Part shown: piece after piece, positions 36,563 through 51,652 of the stretch | Position numbering within the stretch: the first letter of the stretch is position 1 | Layout of the letters: the number at the start of each line of letters is the position of its first letter | NCBI RefSeq assembly: GCF_006345805.1 | Contig: NC_043011.1 | Span: forward strand, 21,836,464 to 21,900,463 | DNA length: 64,000 nucleotides | Direction of reading: 5' to 3' | DNA from: Octopus sinensis | Lineage: Eukaryota | The notes under the pieces: generated by a model | Seen by the model: the letters and a program-made list of their open reading frames with translations, nothing else | What the model was told of the DNA's origin: nothing | The model's database searches: none | Program-made: the position numbers and the translations under genes

Positions 36563-36778
36563 AAGGCAGCAAACTGGCAAAATGGTGAGCACACCAGGCA
36601 AAATACTAAGCAGCATTTGATCCGTCTTTATGTTCTGAGTTCAAATTCCACTTAGCTCGATTTTACCTTTCATCCTTTCTGGGTTGAGGAAATAAGTACC
36701 AGTTGAGCACTGGGGTCAATGGAATCGACTTACCCCCTTCCCATAATTGCTGGCCTTGTGCCAAAATTTGAAACCAAT
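36563..36778 (+). mobile_element. SINE family 2 (GGCGGCGAGCTGGCAGAA... head) representative copy
   Basis: Recurrent ~215-bp sequence. Other copies at ~43478, 43688, 44357, 48202, 48437 (+) and ~32098-32505, 49965-50398, 51822-52018 (-). Confidence 0.8.
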
Positions 36779-37831
36779 ATTTAGGGTAATATTTGTGTGC
36801 TGAAGTTACTGTTGTACCCCATCTCTGAAAGCAGGGGTCTGTGTCTGATCAGGCAGTGAAACAGCTCTGTAGGTGTTTCAGCCTTGCATTTATTTTAATT
36901 AAATAGTATAATATCGAATATTAAAATACTTTTTTTTTTCTAAAAATGTCCTTAAATTAAGTGAAATTCATTTGTGATTTTTTTTTCTTAATGCTGTCAA
37001 TAATTGCATAATTGTAATTAAAATTTTCATATTTAAACTTATATTATTTAAAAGATTTCATAATTGTTTTTTTTTTGTTGTTAATTATATTTAGCTTGAT
37101 TCATAAGCGAATATGTAAATGAAATAATTATCAGCATAATGTTGTCATTAAACTAAGTGATGCCACTGTGTGTGTGCATGTACTTGCATGTATGTACATG
37201 CATGCACACATGCACACATATATGTCTCTACTTAATAATAGCTGATATAAATGTTGGTTGGTTGATTTCTCATGTCATTGTTTGCATTATTTAGAGAGAT
37301 GGGGACATAGTAAAAGAGATAGAGAGAGTGCCAACGTAGGAGGTACAGGATGCGTGCATGTGCTCAGCTTGGTGGCACATGTAGTAAGAATGAAAAAAAT
37401 CACTGCGGCAGAGGAGGAGATGAAATTTTGCAGAAATAGATTTATGATGGAGTAGATTGTGATGATGTTGATAAAATTTAGAAAACAATGGCATATATTT
37501 ATCACAAAAGTATAAATGAGTAATTTGTTTCATCGAATTTTATTTAAAGGTACTAAATATTTTTCTTTTGAAAATTAGTATTCATAGGTATAGGCATGGT
37601 TGTGTGGTATGTTCGCTTCCCAACCACATGGTTCTGGGTTCAGTCCTACTCTGTGGCGCCTTGGGCTTCTACTGTAGGCTCAGGGTGACCAAAGCTCTGT
37701 AAGTGGATTTGGTAGCAAGAAACTGAAAGAAGCATGTCATGTGTATATATATATTTATATATACATATATATAAACAAAGCAATTATGCGGATAATCAGA
37801 TTAAATATAACAACTTGGGTTTTTGGTATAC

Positions 37832-37866
<35 letters not shown>

Positions 37867-38088
37867 GCAAACAGAAAGAAAGCATAGACTGAAAATTTTC
37901 AGATGATGAATATTTAAGAATAAATATATAGGCGCAGGAGTAGCTGCGTGGTAAGTAGCTTCCTTACCAACCACATGGTTATGGGTTCATTCCCACTGCA
38001 TGGCACCTTGGGCAAGTGTCTTCTACTATAGCCTTGGGCTGACCAAAGCCTTGTGAATGGATTTGGTAGATGGAAACTGAAATAAGCC

Positions 38089-38133
<45 letters not shown>

Positions 38134-40203
38134 GTTTGTGTGTCTGTGTTTGTCACCCCAACATCACTTGACAACCGATGCTGGTGTTTATGTCCCTGTA
38201 ACTTAGCGATTCAGCAAAAGAGTCCGATAGAATAAGTACTAAGCTTACAAAGAATAAGTCCTGGGGTCAATTTGCTCGGCTAAAGGCAGTGCTCCAGCAT
38301 GGCTGCAGTCAAATGACTGAAACAAGTAAAAGAGAGTAAAAAAAAAAAAGAGAGATATTAATACATGAATAGATCAAACTTACACAGAGTACAAATGACA
38401 TAAAAAATTAAAGGGGAGGAGGTAAGGCTTTACAAGTCCAACAACTGTTTCTGGGGCTTGGAGATCCACCATAATGTTGGTAGATGTAGTTCACCATAAT
38501 ATGCAGCCAGTGATGGAAGCAAATAAACATTGGGTAAATCGAGCCTCCATTGTCAGGGTAGAAAGACTCTTAATTTTCTGATTGTGATGCAAAGACATTT
38601 AATTGTGGAATGTTTAAATGTGGAAAGCAAGCAGTATTACTGCAAGGTGAATGGTAAGTCCTCTGGTCAGAAAAATGAATAACTGATCTCTGGTGAAACT
38701 AGTCAGGCTGATTTCTATATTAGAGGTATATTATGTCCCTATGTCACAAGAAGCAACTACGAGGCTTGGCAGCAGGAAAGCAATCCAGTTGTAAAGTACT
38801 CCCTTTGAAAACCTATCTCACCCAATCCAGCTTAGAAAAGTGAATTTCAAACAGTAATGGTGTTGGTGACAATGGTGACATCTGTTTGTTTGAAGCTTTC
38901 TACTTAGAAAGAACAATACATGGTTTAAACACATTGAAGCTTAAAAAAAAAGAGGCACTGTGAATTGGTCCTATTAATTAATATGTATGTATATAAAGCA
39001 AAGGCAAGCAAATCAACTCAATAACAACTAACTAATTAAACCTTTGCCTGTGAAATAGAAGACTCAATTCCTATAATTAACACCTTTGTTAGAACAGATG
39101 TTCTTGTTACCTGCCCATTACCTAAATAAAACTAGCAGATGCTTAAAGTTCCAGTTTCACATTTTCCTATTTCAATCAAAGATTATCAGTTATGGACAAC
39201 AACATGACTGAATCTAGAGTTCAAGACATCATAAGTTTGATGGCTCTTTGTTATACTCTTTCTTATCTTTTACTTACTCGTTTCAGTCATTGGACTGCAG
39301 CAATGCTGGGGTACTGCCTTGAAGGGTTTAATCGAAAAAATTAACCCCAGTGCTTGTTTTTTAAGCCTGGTACTTATTCTAGCATTCTCTTTTGCTGCAT
39401 TGCTAAGTTAAGGGTATGTAAACAAACCAACGCCAGTTATCAAGCATTTGAGAGTGATGAACAAACACAAAGACGTGTGCGTGTGTGTGTGTTTAGGCTT
39501 CTTTCAATTTCTGTCTACCAAATCCACTCACCAGGGTTTATTTGACCCTGGGCTATAAAAGAAGACACTTGCTCAAGGTGCCATGCAATGTGATTGAACT
39601 CAAAATCATTTTGTTGGGAAGCAAGCTTCTTAGTGTAGACATGCCTGTGCATGGAAAACAAATGCAATAAACTGAATTGAATTTATTTAAAGTTTTCTTT
39701 GAAGACCCCCACTTTCTTCTTTACTGGTTAAAAATTATCTTGAGTTTATCTGTAATGTAACATAAACTTTAGATAGTTTTGTGACTATGTCCTCCTGCCC
39801 ACCCATGAAACTTTTTTTAAGTAAAGGAATAAGGAAAGTATTTTTTTTTCTCATTTGAAGCTTGTATTATTAAGTAGCTCTTCCTATTGTATTGATTAAG
39901 AGAGAAGAGATGCAGAGTTGGGGTGAAAACACTGAATATATTTGACATAAAGATAGTGGAAGTTTATAAAAAGCTACTGAAAGAGTGGATTGATTTTTAT
40001 CTTAACATTTAGATTTCAGCTTCTGTTGGATCAAAACCAAACCAAATTGTGAACAGGATTCTTAAGAAATGAGGACAAAATACTCTACATTTTGAGCTAG
40101 TTATGTAATTGTTACCAATGCTGACATAGCTTAGACAGTAATGGATGCATATTCAATATATAAATATATCCATAGACTCACTTTCATATGTATTTAGCCT
40201 TGC

Positions 40204-40351
40204 TGTAAAATTAGGCCCATAATGGCCCTTTTGGTAGATTGGGATGAGGAAAGAGAAGCAAGTCCTGATGGACTGTTAAATAACAATGGGACCAGCTGGT
40301 TTAGTACATGGCCCAAACTGCTAAAAAGTCTTTCTTGGGCCTAATTTTACA
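40204..40351. mobile_element. 148-bp element with 16-bp perfect terminal inverted repeats (MITE-like)
   Basis: TGTAAAATTAGGCCCA (40204-40219) / TGGGCCTAATTTTACA (40336-40351); no clear TSD. Confidence 0.55.
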
Positions 40352-42900
40352 TTGAGAATAAATACAAATGAATAAATACAAGTCCATGTATTTGTTTATG
40401 TGAAAGTGTGTGGTTTAGTGGTTAGGGTGTTGCAATCACAAGTTCATGATTTCGATTTGCAGACCAGGGGTGCATTGTGTTCTTGAGCAAAACACTTCAT
40501 ATCATGTTGCTCTGGTTCACTCTTTAACCCGTTAGTACTCAAATTACTCTGCCAAATGTAAAGCTTTTTTATTCATACTGTTTTTAATCAATCATGTATT
40601 ATCTCATAGCTTTGAGATTTCAATGATGCTCTTTTTAGAATGACATTTTAGAGTAGGTGTGAGAGGTTAGATCTGGCCAATTTCAACATAAAACAGGAGG
40701 CATATTTAGGCTGGATATGGCCTGCTTAAATGCTAAAGGGTTACGGGGAATGTTGGCCTGCCTGCCTAACCAGCAATGGCATCATTCAAAAGCTACAACA
40801 ATGCAATGAAGCACATTGTGACCAGTGGTGTAAAACAACATCCAATAATCCAGTTGAAACAGTGAGTTATTTAAACATGACTAACATTGTATTGGTACTC
40901 TATCAACTGTGTAGGCAGACTGATTGAATCTTCAACAATACTTGACTTACTGATGTGAACTTTGTTTTACTAATAACTATAGACATGTTATCTTTTATAT
41001 CAGCAAGCCATATGTCATTAAGATGTAGTATCTGGGGTTACAGTGCTAAACCATTGAAAACAAGTTCAAACTTCAATGTAGTATATGGGGTTATGATGCT
41101 AAACTGTTGAAGAAAAGAATATACAAGTTTAAAGTTAGTCGCAGCTATTATCTTGTGTCCACCAGAGAAAATCGATTAATCTGCTTTGTTCAATCTGCTT
41201 AGATGAAAATACAATTGAATATTTAGCAGTAGGAAGAGTAACCTTTTCAAAAAACATTTGGCTCCAATCAAACCATATACAAATATTTATATTTGCAGAA
41301 AATGAAAAGACCCAACTCTTGCAACTCTGTCCGTGCCCCTCACTTGCCTCAATCTGTCTCTCCCTCCTTGTCTATATCTCTCTCACTTTCCTCAGTCTGT
41401 CTTCCCTCCTTATCTATATCTCTTTCCCATCCTCTCCTATCTTTTCCCTCTATTTTTCACATATCTCCATTCCCCATATTTTCTTCGTTCCTATCTCTCC
41501 TTGCTCTCTCCCTTTCCCTGTGTTCACATACAATTGCACAGTTGTACTATATAACGTTAGCCAACTTCACACCTAGCTTTTAACAGATATTTCCAGTAAT
41601 TCATCTATATAGATTACCTGGCTTACTTATTGATTTGTTTTGACTCTTTTTTTTTGTCTTCATGTTTGTACATCTGCATGTCTGTAGATATATGTCTGCA
41701 TATATGAATCACTGTTTGTGTATGTCTTTATGTGTATTTTTGTCTGTGAATGTGTATGTAAATCCTGCGCTGGTTTGCCAGTGTTTGTGTGTGTGTGTGA
41801 GTGTGCCATAGAGGCAGGGGGCAGACGGAGAGATATGTATCTGAACACCTGTGTATGTGTAGTCTGCTGTTTTTAACTTTTTAACATTTCTTTCATTAAT
41901 AAAATGGCATTCTTAAATGAAGTTTTTATTGTAACTTCCTGTTGGAAAAATCATAATTGACCTCAACAGGTCTTCCAGCTGTGAACATCCTGCCATATTT
42001 TTAGAAAGAGTAATCAAAGACTACATTATTCAATATGTCTTTTATTATTCAACAACATATTTTTAGACATAGTATATCAAAGACTACACACACACATCTG
42101 TTTTTATGTTCTGAGTTGAAATTCTGCTGAGATTGACTTTGCCTTTCATTCATTTGGGGTCGATAAAATGAGTACCAGTTGAGCACTGGGGTCAATGTAA
42201 TCAACTTATCCCCTCCCTCGAATTTGCTGGCCTTGAGCCAAAATTTGGAATGAAAGTCACAAATTTGGGGGAACATGTGTGTGTGTGTGTGTGTTTGTGT
42301 TTATCCCCACCACATCACTTGACTACTGATTGTTTACATCCCTGTAACTTAGCAGTTCAGCTAAAGAGACCGAAAGAACAAATACTGTGGTTGATATAAA
42401 GAATATGTACTGGAGGTTGCAAATGAGTGGCCTTGTGCTTATGTCAGACATCATTATTGTTGATATTAGAAGGTGCTGGATTGGCAGAATGCTAAAGCAG
42501 CAGACAAAATGCTTTGTGGTATATTTGTTGCATCCCTTTATCTTCTGACTCTAAGTATTGCTGATGTCAATTTTGTCTCCCATCTTTCTGGATTTGATTA
42601 AATAATGAACCAATAAAGTACTGTGATTGATATGATTGACTATCCATTCCCCCAAATTTGTGACCTTGCGACCTTCATTCCAAATTCTGGCACAAGGCCA
42701 GCAAATTCGAGGGAGGGGATAAGTTGATTACATTGACCCCAGTGCTCAACTGGTACTCATTTTATCGACCCCAAAAGAATGAAAGGCAAAGTCAATCTTG
42801 GCGGAATTTGAACAGATAAGATGCCACTATGTATTTTGCTTGCTGTGCTTACGATTCTGCTAGCTCACCACATTAAACCTTGTGTCTATATTAGTAATTA

Positions 42901-43465
42901 CTAGCAGTATAACCTGGCATTGCCCAGGATTAAGTTAGGATTATTAAGCTAATCAAGTTCTTTATTTCAAATTAAACTAAGTAACATCCACGTCAAATTT
43001 GGGCGAAATCCATTGAAATTGGGTTATATATATATATATATATATAATGGGCAACACACACGCACACACACACGTACGTATGTACACCTATTGCATATAT
43101 GTTTTTTGTACACATACATGTTTGTGTTGGGCCCATATATCAACAAAGCACTTTTTTCATCAATGGGAAAAAACAACAAAAGTCTTAACAAAAACTCACT
43201 CGTCACTAGAAGGTGACGTAACTCCTGTTTGCAAACAAAGGTGATTTCTCCGACTTGAAAATTGTTAAAAGTTTTGGTTGAAAATTTATTTTTACTGCTA
43301 TTCGCTGGTGCCTCTGGGATTAAATAAGTTGACGAAAATACAGCTAGGGTCATAACGAAATGTCCTCCTAAAATTGGAGCGATATGCGTGCTAATTTGTG
43401 GACATACATAAATTACATTCACACACACACACACATACACACATCCTGTCTTTTATATATACAGA
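42901..43465 (-). mobile_element. Non-autonomous Helitron (565 bp)
   Basis: The minus strand runs A|TCTGTATATATAAAAGAC...CCTGGGCAATGCCAGG...CTAG|T. It shares the terminal design and the cac.tcaaatttgg..gaaat motif with the Helitron at 10496-11886. Confidence 0.82.
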
Positions 43466-46400
43466 TTATTAAGGTGGCAAGCTGGCAGAATCATTAGCAT
43501 GTAGGACCATAGGACAAAATGCTTAATAGCATTTTTCATTTGTCTTTACATTTAGAGTTCAAATTCAGCCATGGTCAACTTTGCTTTGCATCCTTTAGGG
43601 GTCGATAAAATAACTTCCTGTCAAGAACTGGAATCGATATAATCTACTTGCCCCTTCCCCCAAAATGCCTTTAGTAGAAACAAGATTTATTATCATCATC
43701 ATCATCAAAGTGGCAAACTGGCAGACTTGTTACTGCACTGGACAAAATGCTTTGTAGCATTTCTTCCAACTTTGTTTTGGGTTCAAAAGCTACCAAGGTT
43801 GACTTCACCTTTTAATCCTTTCAAGGTCAATAAAATAAGTACCAGTTGAGTGCTAGGGTTGATGTAATCAACTATCTCTTTCCTCTAACATGAGGCCATG
43901 TGCTTATAGCAGAAAGAATTATTATTACTAGAAAGGCAATAAGCTAGCAGAATCGTTAGCACATTGGACAAAGTCAACTTGCCCACTCCCTTCAAAATTG
44001 CTGGCCTTGTGCCAAAATTATAAAGAATTATTTTTAGAGATGGTTAAATTGGTAGACCATTAGACTAGACATCACCATATTTTATGCATTTTTTTTCTCT
44101 ATATTGATAATCTTTTTGTCATCTCATACACAGATGAGAAAACTTCTGTTTTTTATAGTGTTATTTTTTATATGCTTTACTATAGTTAGTTTCTTAGCTC
44201 AAATCTTTTTTGGGTTTTTGTTTTTTTGGGAGGTGTGAAATAAAAACAAAGTACCTCACTAGTTTATGAAAACCATATCTATACCTGCTTGAAAAATATT
44301 AGTATTATTATGATTATTATTATTATCATTATGGTGATAATGAATATGTATGAAAGTGGTAAGCTGGTAGAATCATTAGCATGCCAGGCAAAATGTTTAG
44401 CAGCATTTCATCCATCTTTACGTTCTGTGTTGAAATTCCGCCAAGGTTGATAAAATAAGCACCAGTTGAACACTGGGGTCAATTTAATTGACTAAGCCCC
44501 TCCTGCAAACCTGCTGACCTTGTGCCAAAATTTGAAACTATTACTGTGAATATGTATGGGAATTTTTGTGCTTGTTCAATTTTTGTTGTTCCAATAAAGT
44601 ACTTCACAACTGGTCTTTTCTAGCCAACCCTTATCTTCCTCCCCTTCTCTTTCTTTCTCATTCTATTTTCCCCTATTAATTCTATTTTCATTCTTTCTCC
44701 TCTTTTTCACTCGCTCTTGGTCTTCTTCACTTTTTCTCTCTTTCCTGCTTTCTCACTCCCCCTACTCTCTAACTGTTATAGATATAGGTTGTCAGTAGTA
44801 AAGCAGATAATATATTATCCACTCAATTGATAAACTGGTAAATTGACTTGCAGAAATGACAATGAAATTGCTTTCAAATCACACCATACTTGTGTAAACA
44901 AAGAAGGATATATTAGGCAATGTTGTCTCTGATATACGAAAAGTTATGTTGGAAATACTTTGATCATAAGTGCACTAGACCAAGTCTGAACCCTGGGCTA
45001 AACAAAAGCTCGTGAACTAAGAGTTAAATGGATGTAGGTAACAGGTGTCTTTCTAAATATTTACTATTTCCATGAATAGGCTGTGAATTTAGACAATCAT
45101 TAGAACATAGAGCAAAATACATGCAGTACTTATACTGGCTTTCTGTGGCCTGAGTTCAAATCCTGTTAAAATCAGTTTTGCTTTTCATCCTCAAAGTACA
45201 ACCCAGGGCAGTAGGCTGGTGTAATTGTTAGTATTAGATGAGATGCCTTGAGCTATTTATTCTGTTTTTTTACATATTGAGTTCTTGAGTGGGAGACTCA
45301 ATTTGCTGCCCCAGTTTAACACCACTTCCTAGTCCTTGGGTACCCTTAACAGAGTTTACTCTTTTGCAAGTATTTGGGCTGACTCCAGTTTGACTATAAC
45401 TTCCTTCCTCCAGCCTCAGAGGCCCTAGAAAAAGAAGAAAAAAGGCATGGCTATGTATTTTAAGATCTCTTTGTAACCATGTGTGATACCTTGAGCAAGT
45501 GATTTCAACTATAGCCCCAGGCTGACTAGTGCTTTGTAAGTGAATCTGGTAGGCAGAACTGTGTGAAAGCCTGTTATATGTAAATGTGTGTGTGTGTGTA
45601 CCCACCCCCTTTGCTTGAAAACTGGTGTTGGTTTGTTTTCATTCTTCTAAGTGGTTCAGCAAAAGAGACCATTAGACTAAGTACCAAACTTTAAAAAATA
45701 AGTACTTGGGTTTATTTATTTGTCTATGAACCCTTCAAGTCAGTGGCCCAGCAAGACTACAGTCCAATGATTGAAATGAGTTGTAAAAATAAAATGAACT
45801 GGAGCTTTCAAAAGTTATGTTGCTTTCTGTTTCTTTTTTTAATAGCTCACTCAAAGAAAGAAAGTCAGCTCTTACAGCTCTTTCCAGGGCCTCAAGAAGG
45901 GAGGAAGTTACCCTCCAACCAGAGACCTACTTTCAAACAGTATGAATTCTGCTAAAGGGAACCCCTCCTCATCAGGGGCCAAATGGTGGTGTTAAACTGA
46001 GTAATGCTTCTAGTCTACCATCTACCAAAAGCTTCCACACAGTTTTCACCTATTAGGTTTTGGTCGACGTGAGCAGTTGGTTGAACTTGAGACCATATTG
46101 AGTTACAGGTCTTTTAACCACACAGCTCTGCATGTACCCATGGGATTATATTTACAAAGTCAATGCACACATAGTGTTTATTTATATTACATTTTCTTAA
46201 GAGGAAAGAGTCAGTGTCCATAGACTGTTCAGACCCTCTTCAATTATCTTTTATCATTAGCCTGCAGCCATGCCTTGAAGAATTTTTAGTAGAATAAATC
46301 AACACCAGTACATGATTTTTATCAAGCCTGGTACTTATTCTATCATTCTCTTTTTTGCTGAACCACTAAGTTACAGAAAGCTAACCAACATCGGTTGTCA

Positions 46401-47231
46401 AGCAGTGGTGGGGGACAAACACAGGCACACACACACACACACACACACCACACACACATTCACACACATGCACACACACACAGAGGAAGGCTTCTTTTAG
46501 TTTCCATCTGCCAAAGCCACTTACAAGGTTTTGATCAGCTTGAGGCTATAGTAGAAGACACTTACCCAAGGTGCCATGCAGTGGGACTGAACCCAGAACT
46601 ACCATATGGCCATGGTTGCACCTATATGGAGATAAGATCAACCGGGTGAAATAGATGCTCAGTTTGAATACAATTATTTGTTAGTTTGTAGTCATTAGCT
46701 CAAGGTCATCTGTGACATTGGGTGGGTAATCAGACTATAACACTGACCATTCCCCCTTGCCCAGTCTTTTATTTGGACATAGTCTATTTAAAACTATTAT
46801 TTGATGTCTTTCTTTGGGCAGGTTGTGATTTGAGGTGGATTTAGTTGCTATTTCTAGCTTTTTGAAAGGTCACATAGAGACTGTTGTTGGTTAGTGGAGT
46901 AGGTGGGAGGAAACATAAACTTGGAGGAGTTCCAATAGTATGTGTGTCTGAGGAAAAAAAGTTTTGGAAAGTATTTAGTACAGTCTGGTGGGTGAGACAT
47001 ATCTGAAATATGTAATAGGAATGAGTGCATGGATTTGGTTTAAATAGGGACAGTGTAACGAGAAAGCTTTAAAGAAACATTGAGGTGTTACACTAAAAAA
47101 AGGGGAAAAAAACTCTGATAAGAAGTTCAGTCCCACTGCATGGCACCTTGGGCAAGTGTCTTCTACTACAGCCTTGGGCTGACCAAAGCCTTGTGAGTGG
47201 ATTTGGAAGATAGAAAGTGAAAGAAGCCCAT

Positions 47232-47279
<48 letters not shown>

Positions 47280-47576
47280 ACCGTGACTGACTAGGCTATC
47301 AGATGTTGCTACACATCGCTGGTCACAATGCGCTTCGCATTGTTTTAGCCTTCAAATGACGCCACCCCACTGGCTAAGCGAGCAGGCCAACAGAAGAAAG
47401 AGTGAGAGAAAGTTGTGGCGAAAGAGTACGGCAGGGACCGCCCCCCCCCCTGCCGGAGCCTCGTGGAGCTTTAGGTGTTTTTGCTCAATAAACACTCACA
47501 TCGCCTGGTCTGGGAAACGAAACCATGATCCTACGACTGCGAGTTTGCTGCCCTAACCACTGGGCCATTGCGCCTC

Positions 47577-47609
<33 letters not shown>

Positions 47610-49001
47610 CTGTGTTTCTTTGTATTTGTGTTTGTTCCTCTCTCCACCACTTGACAACTGATTTTGGTGTCTTTACATTCTCATAACTTAACAGTGTGGT
47701 AAAAGAGACCAATAGAATAAGTATCAGGCTTAAAAAAAGTACTGGTGTTGATTCATTTGACTGAAAACTCTCCAAGCTGGTGCCCCGACATGTCCACAGT
47801 CTAATGACTGACACATGTAGAAGATAAAGACTACATCTGGGCAAACTTTAGTTGTCAAGTACTGGTTACAGATGTTCCCGGGTTCAGCTTTGATCAAGCA
47901 ACCTACAATGAACTCATTCCAGCTGTGTGCATCATATTTTTGCATTATCATATATAGTGTATTTATCCCAGTTTTTCAATAGGACTTTGATGTTGTGTGT
48001 TGTAGAACAGTGCTTATCAGAGTGAGTGGTACCCCACTGAAGAGCCAGAGGAATGGGAACTTTTCTTATATGAGTGCTAGCAACATAAGGAGGTGACAGT
48101 AGCAGGAAGAATGAATACACCTTTAATTATTCTAACTTAAAAAAATATTTTCAGTTTTTATTCTGTGTACAAATCATCTAGTAATGTTAGAGATTGAAAA
48201 AAGGCGGCAAGCTGACAGAACCATTAGCATGCCAGGCAAAATGCTTAGTGGCATTTCATCCATCTTTATGTTCTAAGTTCAAATTCTGCTGAGGTCAACT
48301 TTGCCTTTCATCGATTCAGGTTCAATAGTATAAGTACTGGTTGAGCACTGAGGTTGATGTAATTAACTGACTCACCTCCCCTGAAATTGCTGGCTTTGTA
48401 CCAAAATTTGAAATCAATATTAAAGGTTGAAATAAGTCAGTGAGCTGGCAGAATCATTAGCATGCTGGACAAAATACTTTTGTCTGTCTTTACATTCTTA
48501 GTTCAAATCTCATTGAGGTCAATTTTGCCTTTCATCCTTTTGGAATCGATAAAATAAGTATCACTTGAATACTGAAGTCAATGTAATCAACTTACCCCCT
48601 CTCCCAAAGTTGCTGGCCTTGTGCCAAACAAATTTTGGCACAATATTAGAGGTTCAAATATTGTTTTGACATTCCATATTGCATTGATGACTTCTATACA
48701 AGTAGTCATTTAATGGCTATCAATCTTTTTTGTAGCAATTTTTTTTTTGGTGGTATATTTGTATTGAACTGTAGCAAAGGAGCATTGCTGGAGTGGTAGT
48801 GAAAAAGTGAGTGATAGTTAAAAAAAAAATAGTTAGCAATAGGCGCAGGAGTGGCTGTGTGGTAAGTAGCTTCCTTACCAACCACATGGTTCCGGGTTCA
48901 GTCCCACTATGTGGCACTTTGGGCAAGTGTCTTCTACTATAGCCTTGGGCCGACCAAAGCCTTGTGAGTGGATTTGGTAGACGGAAACTGAAAGAAGCCC
49001 A

Positions 49002-49041
<40 letters not shown>

Positions 49042-51244
49042 TTGTGCTTGTCCCACAACATCACTTGACAACCGATGCTGGTGTGTTTACATCCCTGTAA
49101 CTTAGTGGTTTGACAAAAGAGACCAATAGAATAAGTACTAGGCTTACAAAAAATAAGTTCTGGGAGAGATTTGCTCGACTAAAGGCAGTGCTCCAGCATG
49201 GCCGCAATCAAATGACTGAAACAAGTAAAAAAAAAAATATATACATATATATATATACCAAAGTGACTAAAAAGATTAGCAAGGGGAAGGAAATTTGGCC
49301 TCAGAAAACACACCCAAAATTGCAAGCATTTAAAAGTGAATGTTAAACAATTAAACAATAAGATGTCATGTATCTGACACTACATTATCCTATGTGTCTT
49401 GCTTTGTAATAAAACAGTTGGTTGTAATTTAGATCAAGTAAACCGGTGGAAGTTCTTTTCCTTTTAATCATACTAGGTCAAGCAAACTTGTGATCAAATG
49501 AGTTACATATTGTGATCATCCTGTCTTATTTTCTTTTAAATATAATGTTTCTAGACTTACATTATTCAGTGTTTCCTTCACTGTTTTACAAGATAATAAG
49601 GTTTATTTTGAGGGGAGATTTAGTTGCTGTTTCTAAGCAGAATTATTTTACTGCATAGAGGCTTGATTCTGTCTGGGTCTTCAAGATACATTTGAATTGT
49701 TTTGTGAAATAAAGCAATTGGTTGTTTGAGATGGCTAATATATCTCAGTTGCATTGTTTTTCATATTCTGGCATAAAATTTCTTTCGTTTCTCTTATATC
49801 TGTGATTAAAGGATAGCCTCGAGGAGAAATTAACTCAATTCATTTAATTAGGAGTTTGCAGTTCCAATGGCGGTCTGCAATAATACCAGAGTGCTAAAAA
49901 TAATAATGATGATGATAACAATGATAATGATAATAATTGCAATAATAATAGTAATAATAATGGTTTCAATTTTGCCACAAGTGCAGCATTTTGGGGGGAG
50001 GGGATGAGTCAATTACATCGAGCCCAGTTGTCAACTGGTACTTATTTTATTGACTTTGAAAGGATGAAGACTAAGGTCAACCTTGGCAGAATTTGAACTC
50101 AGAATGTAGCGATAGGCAAAATACAGCTAAGCATTTCATCCGACATGCTAATGATTCTGCCAGCTCACCACCTGAATAATAATAATAATAATCTTTTCTA
50201 CTATAGGCACAAGGCCTGAAACTTTCGGGGAGGGGCTAGTCGATTACATTGACTTCATTGCTCAATTAGTACTTATTTTATTGACTTTGAAAGGCACAGC
50301 CAACCTTGGTGGAATTTGAAGTCAGAATTTAGAGAGCTAGAAGAAATGCCGCAAAGCATTTTGTCTTGCATGCTAACAATTCTTCCAGCGCACCACCTTA
50401 ATAATGGTGGTGGTGGTGATGCAGATGATTGTGATGTTGATAAATATATAATAATTAGGTTAGAAGATTTTCCTAGCACCAACCTTGAAAGAAACTATAC
50501 AGTTCTTAAGCTAATCTTCACATTTCTTGGGTGGGGATTTTGTAAAAGTAGTCTCTTCCGTTTGATGCAAGAAAATATCTTTCTTTAATATTTTCCACCG
50601 TTTTGTTCCATAACCTGAATGTCATTGAAATCATCTGCATTGTTTCTCTGCATGATCCAGCATTCAACATGGTTGGGAGTATCTAGGAAATATAATGCCT
50701 CTTGTGGGTATTTGAGATTATGGTATGTAAAGCCAGAAGTCAGTCATCCTAAGCATTCACCTATTTTTTGCATTTAAAAACACAGCTACATTGTAATATT
50801 TTATCCTCATCATCATCACTTTAACATCTGCTTTTCTGTATTGACATGGGTTGGACAGAGCTTTACAAGACAGTGTTTTATTGCTGGATGTTCCCCTGCT
50901 GATGGCACCCTTTTTAGTTGACTCTTACAGCACAGAGGGGTATAGGTTACCTGCTCTACATACCAGAATACACACAGCTGTATTATTAGCTATTATTAGG
51001 CAGGTAGATTGGCAAAATTGTTAGAGTATTGGTCAAAAGCAACCAAATATCTCTAAAGTTACGTCTTAGTGTTTAAAAAGAATAAAACATAATGAATAAT
51101 GTAGACTTAAATACACTGCTTTTGAAAGAAAAAAACCCCAAAACGATGGATATTTATGTCATGGGTCTTCTCAGTCTGGGTTGACTTGCTTTGCTTTTTA
51201 GCCCCTAATGTGAAATTATGGGTTAAAACAGAGGTTGTTTTTTT

Positions 51245-51652
51245 GGGAAGGTCATTTTGCCAATAAAAACATGCACACATTGGTTATATTTTGCTTCTTT
51301 GTTATTATCAGTCAGTTATTATTAGCTAATTAACTAATCATCAATTATTTGATCAATCATTTACTCAGTCAGTTGGTTTGATTTATCAGGATCCTTTCAT
51401 TTTCATCTGCAACCTTATCAATGAAAATGCTCTCATCTCTTCTGTTTCAGTTGCAAAATGGTGCCAACGAGGGCATGTCATTGATGAGGTTGCAGATTGT
51501 GACAAAGGAATTCTAATAAATCAACTGATTAATTGATCAAATAATTGATTAGTTAATTAGTTGACTAATTGGCTGATAAAAATAAAACCTGAAATATAAC
51601 TAGTGTGTGTTTGTGTGTGTGTGTGTGTTTCTGTTGGCAAAATGATCCTCCC
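51245..51652. repeat. Degenerate foldback element (~190-bp arms)
   Basis: GGGAAGGTCATTTTGCCAA / TTGGCAAAATGATCCTCCC ends; inner TCTGCAACCTTATCAATGA / TCATTGATGAGGTTGCAGA. Confidence 0.75.

Noticed and set aside
40260-40305. CTGATGG...GGGACCAGCTGGTT as a hammerhead
   Set aside because: Both core halves are altered and there is no helix I.
51389-51435. ...NLINENAL as a possible VPS13 exon 2
   Set aside because: Wrong phase, no donor site, and it lies within a foldback arm.
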